From NCBI GenBank assembly GCA_039194425.1, contig JBCCVZ010000022.1:48451-112450 (forward strand): a stretch of DNA of 64,000 bases. Reading direction: 5' to 3'. The DNA comes from Acidobacteriota bacterium (GTDB lineage: Bacteria > Acidobacteriota > Thermoanaerobaculia > Multivoradales > J023). Each line of letters opens with the position of its first letter. The first letter of the stretch is position 1. A model generated the notes under the pieces. It saw only the letters and a program-made list of their open reading frames with translations, ran no database searches and was not told the origin of the DNA. The translations under genes and the position numbers were made by a program. Positions 9,924-20,976 of this stretch are shown in pieces.

Positions 9924-10877
9924 ATGCCCAAGGTTCGCATCCGCTTCACCGGCGTCTGCGCGTTCGCACTCCACGAAGACGGCGGCTCTGCCCGCGTCCT
10001 GCTCAAGAATGGCTTTGAACGATACAACGAGCTCGTCTCATTGCTCCCGATTCTGCGTTTCGATGCCGATCGGCTTGTCAACGACGACCAACCGTACATC
10101 ATGCGTTCGAATCGCAGGGGACGCGAGTTCTTCGGCCGGGACGCATTCAGCTTCCTCCGACACGAGACGATTCGCTTCGAAGTTCCGGACGGCAATCTCA
10201 TCCGGGACGCTGACGCCCTCTCGATCGACGAGACGGACATCGGAGAGTCGCTCGAACCGACTCCGGAGAATCGACATAGCTGGCAATGGATGCCAGACAT
10301 TCGCGAGCTCGCACGCCGCGCCCACATTCGACCGGAGCTCTTCGAGAAACCATCCGCGTACGCCGATGAAATCGCGACATGCGTCGACCTCGACAAGGGT
10401 CATCTCTTCACCGAAGAGTTCTTGCGGGTCAATAGCTCGGGAGACGAACCGAGCCCTGTTCGTCTGTTCTGGTACCCGAGAACAGACCGGGGGCCCCGTG
10501 CTTTCACTCTCCTGGCGGCCGCCGACCTCGAAGTCAGCGACGGCGCGACATTCCGCGTCCACGCGACCCACTGGGACGGTACGACACGGCACTGGGACTT
10601 CGTCGTCGACCAGCCGCTCTCGGTCGGCATCTGGAACGTCCCGATGACCGACATCATGCTGTCGTGGAACCTGCCGTGGTACTTCGAAACGGACCACGGC
10701 AAGAGCTTCCGCCACCACTACGAAATGCTCTCCGACGCCACGCGATACAGCCACTACCCCGGAGCTGACTACGAGGCCGCGTCGACCACCCTTCCTTTCG
10801 AAGTGGCCAACATGAATCTGCTGGCCGACAAGACGGTCGGCTGCATGAAGACTTATCACGGAATACTCCGCTGGTAG
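9924..10877 (+). CDS. Hypothetical protein (317 aa), with a lower-GC codon composition than its neighbours
   Basis: Clean ORF 38 nt after the CHAT gene. It has a non-repetitive, balanced amino-acid composition (W/Y/F-rich) unlike the antisense junk ORFs. No family recognised. Confidence 0.55.
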   Translation: MPKVRIRFTGVCAFALHEDGGSARVLLKNGFERYNELVSLLPILRFDADRLVNDDQPYIMRSNRRGREFFGRDAFSFLRHETIRFEVPDGNLIRDADALSIDETDIGESLEPTPENRHSWQWMPDIRELARRAHIRPELFEKPSAYADEIATCVDLDKGHLFTEEFLRVNSSGDEPSPVRLFWYPRTDRGPRAFTLLAAADLEVSDGATFRVHATHWDGTTRHWDFVVDQPLSVGIWNVPMTDIMLSWNLPWYFETDHGKSFRHHYEMLSDATRYSHYPGADYEAASTTLPFEVANMNLLADKTVGCMKTYHGILRW

Positions 10878-11027
10878 ACGCTCGTCGGTAGAACCGAGGA
10901 GCTCGCTTCAGTTTGCCTGGCGGGCTTTGGTCGGCGGCCTCGTACCTCCTGTCGAACTTCACCGGATGCCCGGCGGCGCGTGCCGCCGGACACGGACTTC
11001 AACTCTTCCTCGACAGGAGCGCTCCTC

Positions 11028-12755
11028 ATGCGAGCTTCAACCGTTTGTGTCCGCGCGGGCGTCATCGCCTGCTTCTGTTTCCTGACCGCCGTCGCCGCCT
11101 TCGGCGCGACACCGCCCGGCGGCTACGACACCGCCGGCGCCTGGCCGCTGTGCGGCAACTACTACAACGACAGCGCCGGCGCGACCGCGACCTCGTGCCC
11201 GTCCTCGCGCATGGGCAGCACGGCCCACCGCGACCGCACCAACGATGCCTTCGGCCCGCGCCTGCGCGCCGGCGACTACAACTGGCACCGCGGCATCGAC
11301 CTCGACACCGACGGCGCCATCGGCCGCTCGGTCTTCGCCTACAGCTGCGGCGAGGTGGTGAGGGTGGAGGGCGACGAGCCGAACCGGGCGGTCGTCATCC
11401 AGCACTTTCGCAACTACGACTGCACCGGCACACGCCCCACCACATGCGGCACCGACGGCTGCTACTTCAGCCGCTACAAGCACCTCGATGACGTACTCGT
11501 GAGCGAGCAAGATCCTCACGAATGGGTCGACCGCGGCGCCAAGATCGGAACTAGCGGCATCAACTGCGAGTACACCGGCAACCTGGACGGGGACGGCCGG
11601 CTCGAGTGCGACAAGCCGCACAGCAGCACTCACTGCTACTGCGACGCGTCGACCGGCGTCTGCGACTCCGGCGTTTCCGGCGTGAGCTGCTTCGAGCACG
11701 TGCATTTCGAGGTTCGCGACTCGTACGGCTCGGTCGGCTCAGGGCGCTCGCAGCGCCGCGTCGTCCATCCGCTCGCGGTGCTGCCCTACAACAACACGGC
11801 CGGCGCCGGAGACATCACTCTCAGCTTCGACACCGTCGTCACCAGCTCGCCGCTGCAGGTGACGCTCGACCTCAGCATGCCGAACACCGACATGTCGAAC
11901 GGCGGCATGTCGGGCATCTCGAGCACCGACAACGACCTCGCGCGCGTCGAGATCGAGGTCTACGAGAACATGGGTACGTGGCTCTACCCCGTGACGCAGC
12001 CCAACCCGGGCGCCCTGTACACGACGCCAGAAGGCGACGCCTACCAGGTTCATCCGCCGTTCCTCGATTTTCGCGAGCGCAGCCGGCAGTACAACTACGA
12101 GAACTCGCCGTCCACGCTGCCGTTCTCGGACTTCCGCAACGACGGGACCTACGAGAGCCCGTTCGCCGACACCACCGGCACGCACTACGACTCCAGCTTT
12201 CCGGCGTCGTACGACGCCGATTACCACCTCGGCGCGACCGTCGCGAGCAATGACAAGCGCGGCGACTTCAACGGCATCGAGGTCGAGCCGGCCGACTACA
12301 ACTTCGGCGACGCGACTTACGACCTCGAGGTGAAGTTCAAGCGCCTGACCGGTCCCAGCGACTTGTCGAAGCTCTGCCTCAAGGCGTTCGCCGTCGACGC
12401 GCGCGGCGTGTCGACCGACAAGGTCGAATGGGGCGACTGCGACACCACCCCGCCGCCTCCGCCGCCGCCCGCCGCGCCGGTCTGGGTCGACGTCCAGTCG
12501 GCGCTCTGCTACGGCCTCAACGACATCGACTGGCCGGCGGTCTCCGGCGCCACCTTCTACGAAGTGTGGCTGTCGCCGCGGTCGTCCTTCAGCGGCTCGT
12601 GGCTCGACGCCAAGACGACGATGACCGGACACTTCGTGAACGTCTCCGCCGTCGATCGCCGGCTCTACGTCCGCGTCCGCGCCTGCAACGCCGGCGGCTG
12701 TGGCGCGTTCAGAAACGGCGACGAGCCCGCGGATTACCTGCACGGCTGCCTCTGA
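11028..12755 (+). CDS. Secreted M23-family (LytM/lysostaphin-like) metallopeptidase with a long C-terminal extension
   Basis: Signal-peptide-like N-terminus (MRASTVCVRAGVIACFCFLTAVAAFGA). Zinc-binding motifs HRGIDL (HxxxD) and HVHFEV (HxH) with SRYKHL in between. A TPPPPPPPAAP linker is followed by a Cys-containing C-terminal domain. Confidence 0.75.
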   Translation: MRASTVCVRAGVIACFCFLTAVAAFGATPPGGYDTAGAWPLCGNYYNDSAGATATSCPSSRMGSTAHRDRTNDAFGPRLRAGDYNWHRGIDLDTDGAIGRSVFAYSCGEVVRVEGDEPNRAVVIQHFRNYDCTGTRPTTCGTDGCYFSRYKHLDDVLVSEQDPHEWVDRGAKIGTSGINCEYTGNLDGDGRLECDKPHSSTHCYCDASTGVCDSGVSGVSCFEHVHFEVRDSYGSVGSGRSQRRVVHPLAVLPYNNTAGAGDITLSFDTVVTSSPLQVTLDLSMPNTDMSNGGMSGISSTDNDLARVEIEVYENMGTWLYPVTQPNPGALYTTPEGDAYQVHPPFLDFRERSRQYNYENSPSTLPFSDFRNDGTYESPFADTTGTHYDSSFPASYDADYHLGATVASNDKRGDFNGIEVEPADYNFGDATYDLEVKFKRLTGPSDLSKLCLKAFAVDARGVSTDKVEWGDCDTTPPPPPPPAAPVWVDVQSALCYGLNDIDWPAVSGATFYEVWLSPRSSFSGSWLDAKTTMTGHFVNVSAVDRRLYVRVRACNAGGCGAFRNGDEPADYLHGCL

Positions 12756-12767
12756 CGCAGCCCGGCT

Positions 12768-14168
12768 TCAGTCGGCCGACGCCTCGGTGGCCTCCGCGGC
12801 CGCCGGGGTGCTCGGCGTCGGGGTAGAGGCCTGCGCTTCCCCGAGACAGTAGAGATGCTCGGCGCCGCGCAGGAAGATCTGGTCGCCAGCGAGCGCGGGT
12901 GACGAGGCGAAGGAGTCGTCGAGCTGGTTCACCGCCAGCGTCTCGAACTCCTCGCCGTGGCGCAGCACCGCAGTCGCGCCGTTGCGGCCGACGATGTACA
13001 CCCGGTCATCGGCGCCGACGATCGACGAGTACACACCCTGCACACCGTCGAGACGCACGGGACCGTACACCACCTCGCCGGTCGAAGCATCGACGCTGGT
13101 CAAGATCGCGTTGTTGACCTTGAGGTAGTAGAGCTGGTCGCCGACCAGGGCCGGCGACGGCACGTAGGGAGTGTCGGCGTCGCGCGTCCAGCTGACCGCC
13201 TCTCCTCCCGCCAGGTCGCCCTCGGCGGCAGCGACGCGGATCGCCTGCAGCGCGGCGCCGCGGAAGCCGCTGGTGACATAAACGTGGCCGTGGCCATAGA
13301 CCGGCGTCGGCACGACGTTGAGCGTCAGGCCGCCGAGCTGCCAGAGCAACCCGCCGTCGGCGAGGGCGTAGCCACGCGTGGCGTTGTGGGCCGCGACGAT
13401 CACCTGCGGCGGCGTCGCCCCCTCGAGCACCAGCGGCGTCGACCACGAGGTCGGTTCGTCGCGCGCGACGCGCCAACGCTCCTCACCGGTCGTCTTGTCG
13501 AGGGCGACCAGGAACGAGTCGTCCTCCTCGTGGTCCCAGTTGATCAGCACCAGGTCGGACGACAGCGCCGGCGAGGCTCCTTCGCCGAAGCCACGGCGCG
13601 TGCGCATGTCGCCGAAGTCGCGATGCCACAGCAGCTCACCGTCGAGACTGTAGACGAAGAGACCGCGCGATCCGAAGAATGCGTAGAGGCGCTCGCTGTC
13701 GGCGGCCGGCGATGCCGAGGCCCAGGTCGCGTCGGTATGCGTGCCCTCGTGCGGCTGCATCGACACCGCCGTGCGACGCCAGAGCTCGCGACCGTCGTCA
13801 CGCGCCAGCGCCAGCACCACGAAGTCGAGCGGATGGTCGGCAGCGACGCCGCGGCGACCCTCGGCGGGCTCGTCGTCGGCCGCGGCGGATGGCGCCTGCC
13901 CTCTCGACGGCACCGCGGTGAGCACGAACACCCGGTCGCCGACGACGATCGGCGAGGCGTGTCCCTTGCCCGCGACTGGCACCTTCCAGCACACGTTCTC
14001 GTCCTCGCTCCAGGTGATCGGCGGATCGGCGCCCGGCGCCGTTCCGGTGCCGTCCACGCCGCGCCACGTCGGCCACGGGCCGGCGTCGGCTCCGAGCAGG
14101 GTCGTCGGACCCAGCAGCAGCAAGAGTGAGAGTCGAAACGTCGTCAGCGGGAGCGAAGCGCGTGCCAT
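12768..14168 (-). CDS. Secreted PQQ-like beta-propeller repeat protein (BamB-like fold)
   Basis: The internal start MARASLPLTTFRLSLLLLLGPTTLLGA gives a signal peptide. Repeated motifs of the form ...GELLWHRDFG..., ...TTGEERWRV..., ...GGLLWQL... are typical of PQQ/BamB propeller blades. The ORF-track extension to 15005 is antisense to the IPTL-CTERM gene and was rejected. Confidence 0.75.
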   Translation of the reverse strand: MARASLPLTTFRLSLLLLLGPTTLLGADAGPWPTWRGVDGTGTAPGADPPITWSEDENVCWKVPVAGKGHASPIVVGDRVFVLTAVPSRGQAPSAAADDEPAEGRRGVAADHPLDFVVLALARDDGRELWRRTAVSMQPHEGTHTDATWASASPAADSERLYAFFGSRGLFVYSLDGELLWHRDFGDMRTRRGFGEGASPALSSDLVLINWDHEEDDSFLVALDKTTGEERWRVARDEPTSWSTPLVLEGATPPQVIVAAHNATRGYALADGGLLWQLGGLTLNVVPTPVYGHGHVYVTSGFRGAALQAIRVAAAEGDLAGGEAVSWTRDADTPYVPSPALVGDQLYYLKVNNAILTSVDASTGEVVYGPVRLDGVQGVYSSIVGADDRVYIVGRNGATAVLRHGEEFETLAVNQLDDSFASSPALAGDQIFLRGAEHLYCLGEAQASTPTPSTPAAAEATEASAD

Positions 14169-14480
14169 GGAAGCCTCCGGCGGCGGTCGTGGTCTTGCCC
14201 AACGGTACCACCGGGCCGTGAAGCGACGATCAAGACCCATCGCACTCATCGACCGTCGCCCGCTCGGCGCACCGGGTCGAGCACACCGGCGAACGTCCGC
14301 TGGAAGTCCGGTGACAGGTGGCGGACGTCCGTTCGGCGCCGCGACTCCCCGCGAAGGCCCGTCGGCCCGCGATCCAGGCCCTCGGCGCATCGTTCGGCGG
14401 CCGGCACAAGCCTTGCTCTCCACGCTCGACAGAACGCCGAGCGAACCGAATCCCTGAGCCTGCCCGAGGAACCCGATCCC

Positions 14481-15119
14481 ATGAAGAGCTTCTTCCACGT
14501 CCTGTCGATCGTTGGCTTCGCCCTCACCGTCCTGGTCCTGGCCTCCAGCGTCGATGCACAGATCATTTCCGGCCCCGAACAGATCGAGTTCGTCGAAGAG
14601 GTCGGCACGACCACCGTGTTCTTCGGAGATCCCCAACAAACGGTCGACGGTGTCGTCAACGCCGCGGACAGCAACGGCTACGCCTATGCGCCGCTCGGGG
14701 TGCTCTTCACCTTCAACTTCGACCAACCCTACGACTTGACCGCGTTGCTGTTCGCCGGCCAGGTCGGAAGCTCGCCGAGCGAGATGGTCGAGGACTTCGA
14801 GATCACCTTCTTCGCCGACCTCGACGGAGGCGGCCTCCAGGTCGGCCCTGTTTTCGCCGGAACGCACACGACACCGAACGCGCTCGAGAGCTTCGACCTG
14901 TCGGGCCTGGACCTCGGCGCGGTTCGCTCCTTCACCTTCGTCGCGACGAGCCGCTTCGACGGGTCTCCGACGGACAACACAGAGTTCTCGGAGATCCAGT
15001 TCCAAGGCACCCCGACGCCGGTGACCGCGGTACCGACCCTGGGTCAGTGGGGTCTCGGCGCGCTCACTCTGCTGCTCCTACTCTCTGCCCTGTCGATGAT
15101 TCAGCGGCTGCAGTCCTAG
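14481..15119 (+). CDS. Secreted protein with a C-terminal IPTL-CTERM sorting signal
   Basis: N-terminal signal peptide (MKSFFHVLSIVGFALTVLVLASSVDAQ). The C-terminus VPTLGQWGLGALTLLLLLSALSMIQRLQS matches the IPTLxxWG + TM helix + basic tail architecture. Lower-GC codon usage. Confidence 0.7.
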   Translation: MKSFFHVLSIVGFALTVLVLASSVDAQIISGPEQIEFVEEVGTTTVFFGDPQQTVDGVVNAADSNGYAYAPLGVLFTFNFDQPYDLTALLFAGQVGSSPSEMVEDFEITFFADLDGGGLQVGPVFAGTHTTPNALESFDLSGLDLGAVRSFTFVATSRFDGSPTDNTEFSEIQFQGTPTPVTAVPTLGQWGLGALTLLLLLSALSMIQRLQS

Positions 15120-15152
15120 ATCTTTTAGCGCGCGGGAACGTACTCTGGCACC

Positions 15153-16205
15153 ATGCCGAGACGACCCGCGACCCTCTGCCTCCTCGTCGAGATCTTGCTC
15201 GTCGGCCTCCTCGCGTCGAGCCCCGAGGTCGTCGCTGCGGAGATCTGCCCAGGACGCTTTCCGGTCCTCGATGGCGACCTCGACGCGCGCCTGCCCTTCT
15301 GCAGCTCGGCGCCGCTGCATGTCGCCGATCTCGCGATCGAGCGAATCGTGGTGTCGCTGCCGAGCTCGAACTACGACGGTCGGATGGCGCTCGACAATGT
15401 GCTCTCGGCGCTCGCGCGCCGACCCGAGCTCGCCCGCGGCACTCTCGTGGTGGCGCCCCAGTTCCTCCACCGCGACGAGGCCGAGCCGCGGCACACGGCG
15501 GCCGGCTCGAACGTCCTGCTCTGGCGCACCCGCCCGTTCTGGGGCTCATCCAAGGCGACCGTCGGCGGTGGCCCCGTCCGCACCAGTGCCTACCGGGTGC
15601 TCGACACCCTACTCGCCTATCTGACGCGCCCCGAGCACTTTCGCAATCTCCGGAGAGTGGTCGTCGTCGGCCACAGCGCCGGCGGCCAGATGGTGCAGCG
15701 GTTCGCCGCGTCGAGCGGATTCGAACCGAAGCGACCCGGTCTCGAGATTCGCTATGTCGTGTTGAATCCATCGTCGTACCTGTACTTCGATGCCGACCGC
15801 CCCGTGGTGGCGTCGAGCGAGCGCTTCGCGCCTCTGCCCGAGCTGTCGCGCGACGCCTGCCCCGGCTGGAACGACTACGGCTACGGCCTCGAGGCGCTCT
15901 ACGCCGTCCAGCGCGAGGCCGGGCTCGATGCCGAGGCGATGCGCCGGCGCTACGCCTCCCGGCGGGTCGTTGTGCTCGTCGGCGGTGACGACAGCCGCCG
16001 CGGTGACGGTCTCTCGACCCATTGCGCCGCCGAGCTCCAGGGACGCCATCGCCTCGAGCGTGGACAGCTCTTCTGGACTCACCTGCAACGCCACTTCGGA
16101 CCGTCGATCGAGACCCGGCATCGCTTTGCCGTGGTCCCCGGAGTCGGACACTCCGGGCGCCACATGCTGCGCTCACCGCTCGGCCTGCGCGCGCTCTTCG
16201 ACTGA
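15153..16205 (+). CDS. Secreted alpha/beta-fold hydrolase
   Basis: Signal-peptide-like N-terminus. Nucleophile elbow GHSAGG (VVVGHSAGGQMV) and a C-terminal VPGVGHSGRHM segment containing a candidate catalytic His. Confidence 0.7.
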   Translation: MPRRPATLCLLVEILLVGLLASSPEVVAAEICPGRFPVLDGDLDARLPFCSSAPLHVADLAIERIVVSLPSSNYDGRMALDNVLSALARRPELARGTLVVAPQFLHRDEAEPRHTAAGSNVLLWRTRPFWGSSKATVGGGPVRTSAYRVLDTLLAYLTRPEHFRNLRRVVVVGHSAGGQMVQRFAASSGFEPKRPGLEIRYVVLNPSSYLYFDADRPVVASSERFAPLPELSRDACPGWNDYGYGLEALYAVQREAGLDAEAMRRRYASRRVVVLVGGDDSRRGDGLSTHCAAELQGRHRLERGQLFWTHLQRHFGPSIETRHRFAVVPGVGHSGRHMLRSPLGLRALFD

Positions 16206-16263
16206 CTCGGTACGGTAGATCACCCCGCAAGCCCTCGGTGGCGCGCGTGAGACACTGGCGTTC

Positions 16264-16917
16264 ATGGACGATCGGCCCGCTACCGTCTTCGACGCCTACG
16301 GCACAGTGTTCGACGTCGCAGCGCCGGCGCGCGAGGTCTTCGACGACCCCGCGACGGCGGCGCGCGTCGCCACTCTGTGGCGCGGCCGCCAGCTCGAGTA
16401 CGCCTGGACCGAGGGCTCTCTCGGCCGCGCGCCGGACTTCTGGTCGGTCACCGGGCGGGCGCTGCGCAGCGCGCTCGAGCTCGCCGGCCTCGGCGACGAC
16501 GAGGTTCTTCACGAACGGCTGCTCGCGGTCTACGGCCACGTGCGCGCCTACGACGACGCCGCGCCACTGCTCGCCGCCCTACGCACGCGCGGCCACCGCC
16601 TCGTCATCTACTCGAACGCCAACCAGGACATGCTCGAGCGCAGCGTTGCGGCCGCCGGCCTCGACGAGCATCTCGACCTCGTCCTGTCGGTCGAGGGCTC
16701 CGGCGTCTACAAGCCCGACCGCCGAGCCTATGAGCACGTCTGCGCGCGCCTCGGAGTCGAGGCGCGCACTGTGCGCTTCGTGTCGTCGAACGCCTGGGAC
16801 GTCGCCGGCGCACAGCACGCCGGCCTCGACGCCGTCTGGGTCGACCGCGACGGCCTCACCTACCCTTTCGGCCCGCCGCCGACGACCGTGGACTCCTTGG
16901 GTGCGGTATCGGCGTAG
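16264..16917 (+). CDS. Haloacid dehalogenase type II (HAD superfamily)
   Basis: N-terminal motif FDAYGTVFDV (the DxYGT signature of L-2-haloacid dehalogenases), plus YSNAN and downstream HAD motifs. 217 aa. Confidence 0.85.
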   Translation: MDDRPATVFDAYGTVFDVAAPAREVFDDPATAARVATLWRGRQLEYAWTEGSLGRAPDFWSVTGRALRSALELAGLGDDEVLHERLLAVYGHVRAYDDAAPLLAALRTRGHRLVIYSNANQDMLERSVAAAGLDEHLDLVLSVEGSGVYKPDRRAYEHVCARLGVEARTVRFVSSNAWDVAGAQHAGLDAVWVDRDGLTYPFGPPPTTVDSLGAVSA

Positions 16918-16948
16918 CAGACTTCGCAGCCTCGAACCACGCACTGAA

Positions 16949-17770
16949 TCAGGAAGCCATCTGGACCTTGACGATCGTCGGAGAGATACGGCGCAGACGG
17001 GGCACCGTGAACCAGAGCCATGTCATGCACCTCGAGATTCCCCGCGGGAAGACCGGGTAGCCGATGTCGGTGATCTCGGCGCGATCACCGAACCAGCTGC
17101 CCATCGTCGCTTCGATGTCGCCGCGATCGATTCCCCACGGCATGGCTGGCGCCCGGTAGTGCCTGGTCCTCTGGAGGCCCTTTCTGGACAGAGTCTTGCG
17201 AGAAAACCAGCGTGGGATCGTATCGAAGACGATGCAGCAACCCGGAAGGTCTCGAGACAAGTCGGTCAGCAGCGAACGCACGTCGGCCTCGGTGAAATAC
17301 ATGAAGAGCCCCTGAGCCGTGACGAGCGTGCTGCGCCCCTCGGGAATCGCGTCGATCCAGGCACGATCGAGTGCAGAGAGCGCCAAATGCTGATGACGCT
17401 CGTCGGGTTCGATGAAACGCTCGCGAATCTCGATGGCTTCGGGCAGATCCACCGTCAGCCAAAGACTCGCACCGTCGACTCGATAGCGCTGAGTCTCCAG
17501 TCCTTCACCGAGATTGACCACGACCCCGTGAGGATCGGCGTTGAGAAACTCTCGGATCTCGTGGTCGAAGACCAGGGACCTGAGTGCATGAGACGGTTCG
17601 GGCCGACCGAAGTGGCGACGGTAGTCGTAGTCGATGGCGCGAAAGATCTCGATCGCTTTCTCGTCTTCGAGCACACAATCGTGCCGCATGGCTTCCGACG
17701 CTCGGTTGTGCAGGGTCCACAGCATGGTCTCGGGAACGTCGGTCAGAGTCGGCTGCTCACGGGGTTTCAT
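16949..17770 (-). CDS. Class I SAM-dependent O-methyltransferase (TcmP / leucine carboxyl methyltransferase-like)
   Basis: The internal start MKPREQPTLTDVPETMLWTLH... gives a 273-aa product. The VVNLGEGLETQRY and CIVFDT segments resemble LCM/TcmP-family methyltransferases. The ORF-track extension to 18463 overlaps the DUF1684 gene and is Ser/Arg-rich junk. Confidence 0.7.
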   Translation of the reverse strand: MKPREQPTLTDVPETMLWTLHNRASEAMRHDCVLEDEKAIEIFRAIDYDYRRHFGRPEPSHALRSLVFDHEIREFLNADPHGVVVNLGEGLETQRYRVDGASLWLTVDLPEAIEIRERFIEPDERHQHLALSALDRAWIDAIPEGRSTLVTAQGLFMYFTEADVRSLLTDLSRDLPGCCIVFDTIPRWFSRKTLSRKGLQRTRHYRAPAMPWGIDRGDIEATMGSWFGDRAEITDIGYPVFPRGISRCMTWLWFTVPRLRRISPTIVKVQMAS

Positions 17771-17867
17771 CAAGGCTCCTCGTTCCACACCACGGACCCG
17801 AAAGTGACGTCGAACCGGCACAGCCCGAACCACCGCGACGTGGCCTCGGGCAGCTCGGCACCACTCG

Positions 17868-18950
17868 TCAATGCTCCTCGCCGAAGGCTCGCTCGCCCGC
17901 CTCGATCGCCAGCTGCAGCCGGTTCTGCGACGGCGGCAGCGGGCACGTGGCATAGGGCGTGAAGGCGCACGGCGGATTGTACGACTTGTTGAAGTCGAGC
18001 ACGACGGACCCCGGCGTCGCGAGGTCACCGTCGAGCAAGGCGTAGAGGAACCGCCCGCCGCCGTAGGTCGCGCGACCGTTGGTGGTGTCGGCGAAGAGCA
18101 CGAAGACCTCGTTCTCGTCGCCGCCTTCGAGCACGTCGAGGCGATGCTCGGCGCCGTCACGCTCGAACGCGACATAGCCCGGCGCCAGCTCCTGCGTCGA
18201 GTAGCCGAGCGCCGACGGCACCGGAATCTCGCGCGGCGTCTCGTAGGGCACGTAGCGCGCCTCGACGCGCCAGTCGCGATCGATCGCGTACTGCGCGATG
18301 CCATGGAAGCTCCGGAGCACCTCGCTTTCCTCGTCCTTGACGCGCACTCCGACGCGTCCGGAACGCTCGATGAGGTAGAAGACGACGGGACCAATCTCGA
18401 CCCGCGTCGGTGCGCCCTGGGCATCACTGCGCAAGACCGCGCCGCGCGACGGCTCGCCGGCAATCATCAGCTCGACGCCGTCGGCCACCTCCAGCCGGTA
18501 GGCCGTGGAATCATCCGGGGCGGGCTCGGCGAGCAGCCGACCGACGCGCTCCGGCACCGAGTCGGGTAAGCGCACGAGGGCATCGGCGGCACTGCCGACG
18601 AGGTGGACCCCGTCGCCGAGCCAGTGCAGACCGGCGAGCGTCAGCCAGCCGTCGGGATGGCGCAAGCGATCGTCCCGTTCGCGCCGCCACGCCTCGATCG
18701 CGGCGCGGTACTCGGCGTCGGACTCCGCCATCGGACTCACATCCGGATCGGCTTCGGCGAGCGCAGCGTCTGCCGGCGCCGGCTGCTCGCCCGCCGTGTT
18801 CTGGCCGGGAGCCAGCTCACCTGCCGCGAGCAGGCTCGATGTGACGCTGAGGGCGCAGAGAGGGAACAGGACGAACACGAAGAACAGAGAGTGCACGGAG
18901 ACGACGGCGCGGGGGAGCCACGCGGGTCGCCGGAAGCGAGCGGTCATCAT
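17868..18950 (-). CDS. DUF1684-family protein with signal peptide
   Basis: The C-terminal block [34 protein letters not shown] matches the conserved DUF1684 signature. Hydrophobic signal sequence at the N-terminus. Confidence 0.7.
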   Translation of the reverse strand: MMTARFRRPAWLPRAVVSVHSLFFVFVLFPLCALSVTSSLLAAGELAPGQNTAGEQPAPADAALAEADPDVSPMAESDAEYRAAIEAWRRERDDRLRHPDGWLTLAGLHWLGDGVHLVGSAADALVRLPDSVPERVGRLLAEPAPDDSTAYRLEVADGVELMIAGEPSRGAVLRSDAQGAPTRVEIGPVVFYLIERSGRVGVRVKDEESEVLRSFHGIAQYAIDRDWRVEARYVPYETPREIPVPSALGYSTQELAPGYVAFERDGAEHRLDVLEGGDENEVFVLFADTTNGRATYGGGRFLYALLDGDLATPGSVVLDFNKSYNPPCAFTPYATCPLPPSQNRLQLAIEAGERAFGEEH

Positions 18951-19149
18951 CGGAGGACACCTCGATCAGGTCATCAAAGAGCGTATTGTAACAGAATTCT
19001 ACCGCCCGGTAGGTTCGCACCCTCGCTTCCACCACCGTCGTCGACGTGGTAGTCTGCGCCGCTCTCGCGGCATTCCTCCCCGCCGCCACTCCCTCCCCCG
19101 CCGCCGCGTCCGCGGCAGTCCCGACCCTCGACACCTCCCGGAGCTCGCC

Positions 19150-20973
<1,824 letters not shown>

Positions 20974-20976
20974 GCG

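Noticed and set aside
14169-15005. N-terminal 280 codons of ORF 12768-15005 (minus)
   Set aside because: This part overlaps the convincing IPTL-CTERM gene on the plus strand and reads as acidic/Arg-rich junk. The true PQQ-propeller gene starts at the internal Met with a signal peptide.
17771-18463. Upstream extension of the methyltransferase ORF (16949-18463)
   Set aside because: Ser/Arg/Thr-rich low complexity that overlaps the DUF1684 gene. The methyltransferase homology begins at the internal Met.
18995-19035. tRNA-like GGTTCGCACCC ... ACCA string
   Set aside because: No acceptor-stem complementarity and poor T-stem pairing. It is not a tRNA.
18505-19149. Upstream 215 codons of the typA ORF
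   Set aside because: Low-complexity, Ser/Arg/Ala-rich, and it overlaps the divergent promoter and the DUF1684 start. The BipA homology begins at the GTG at about 19150.
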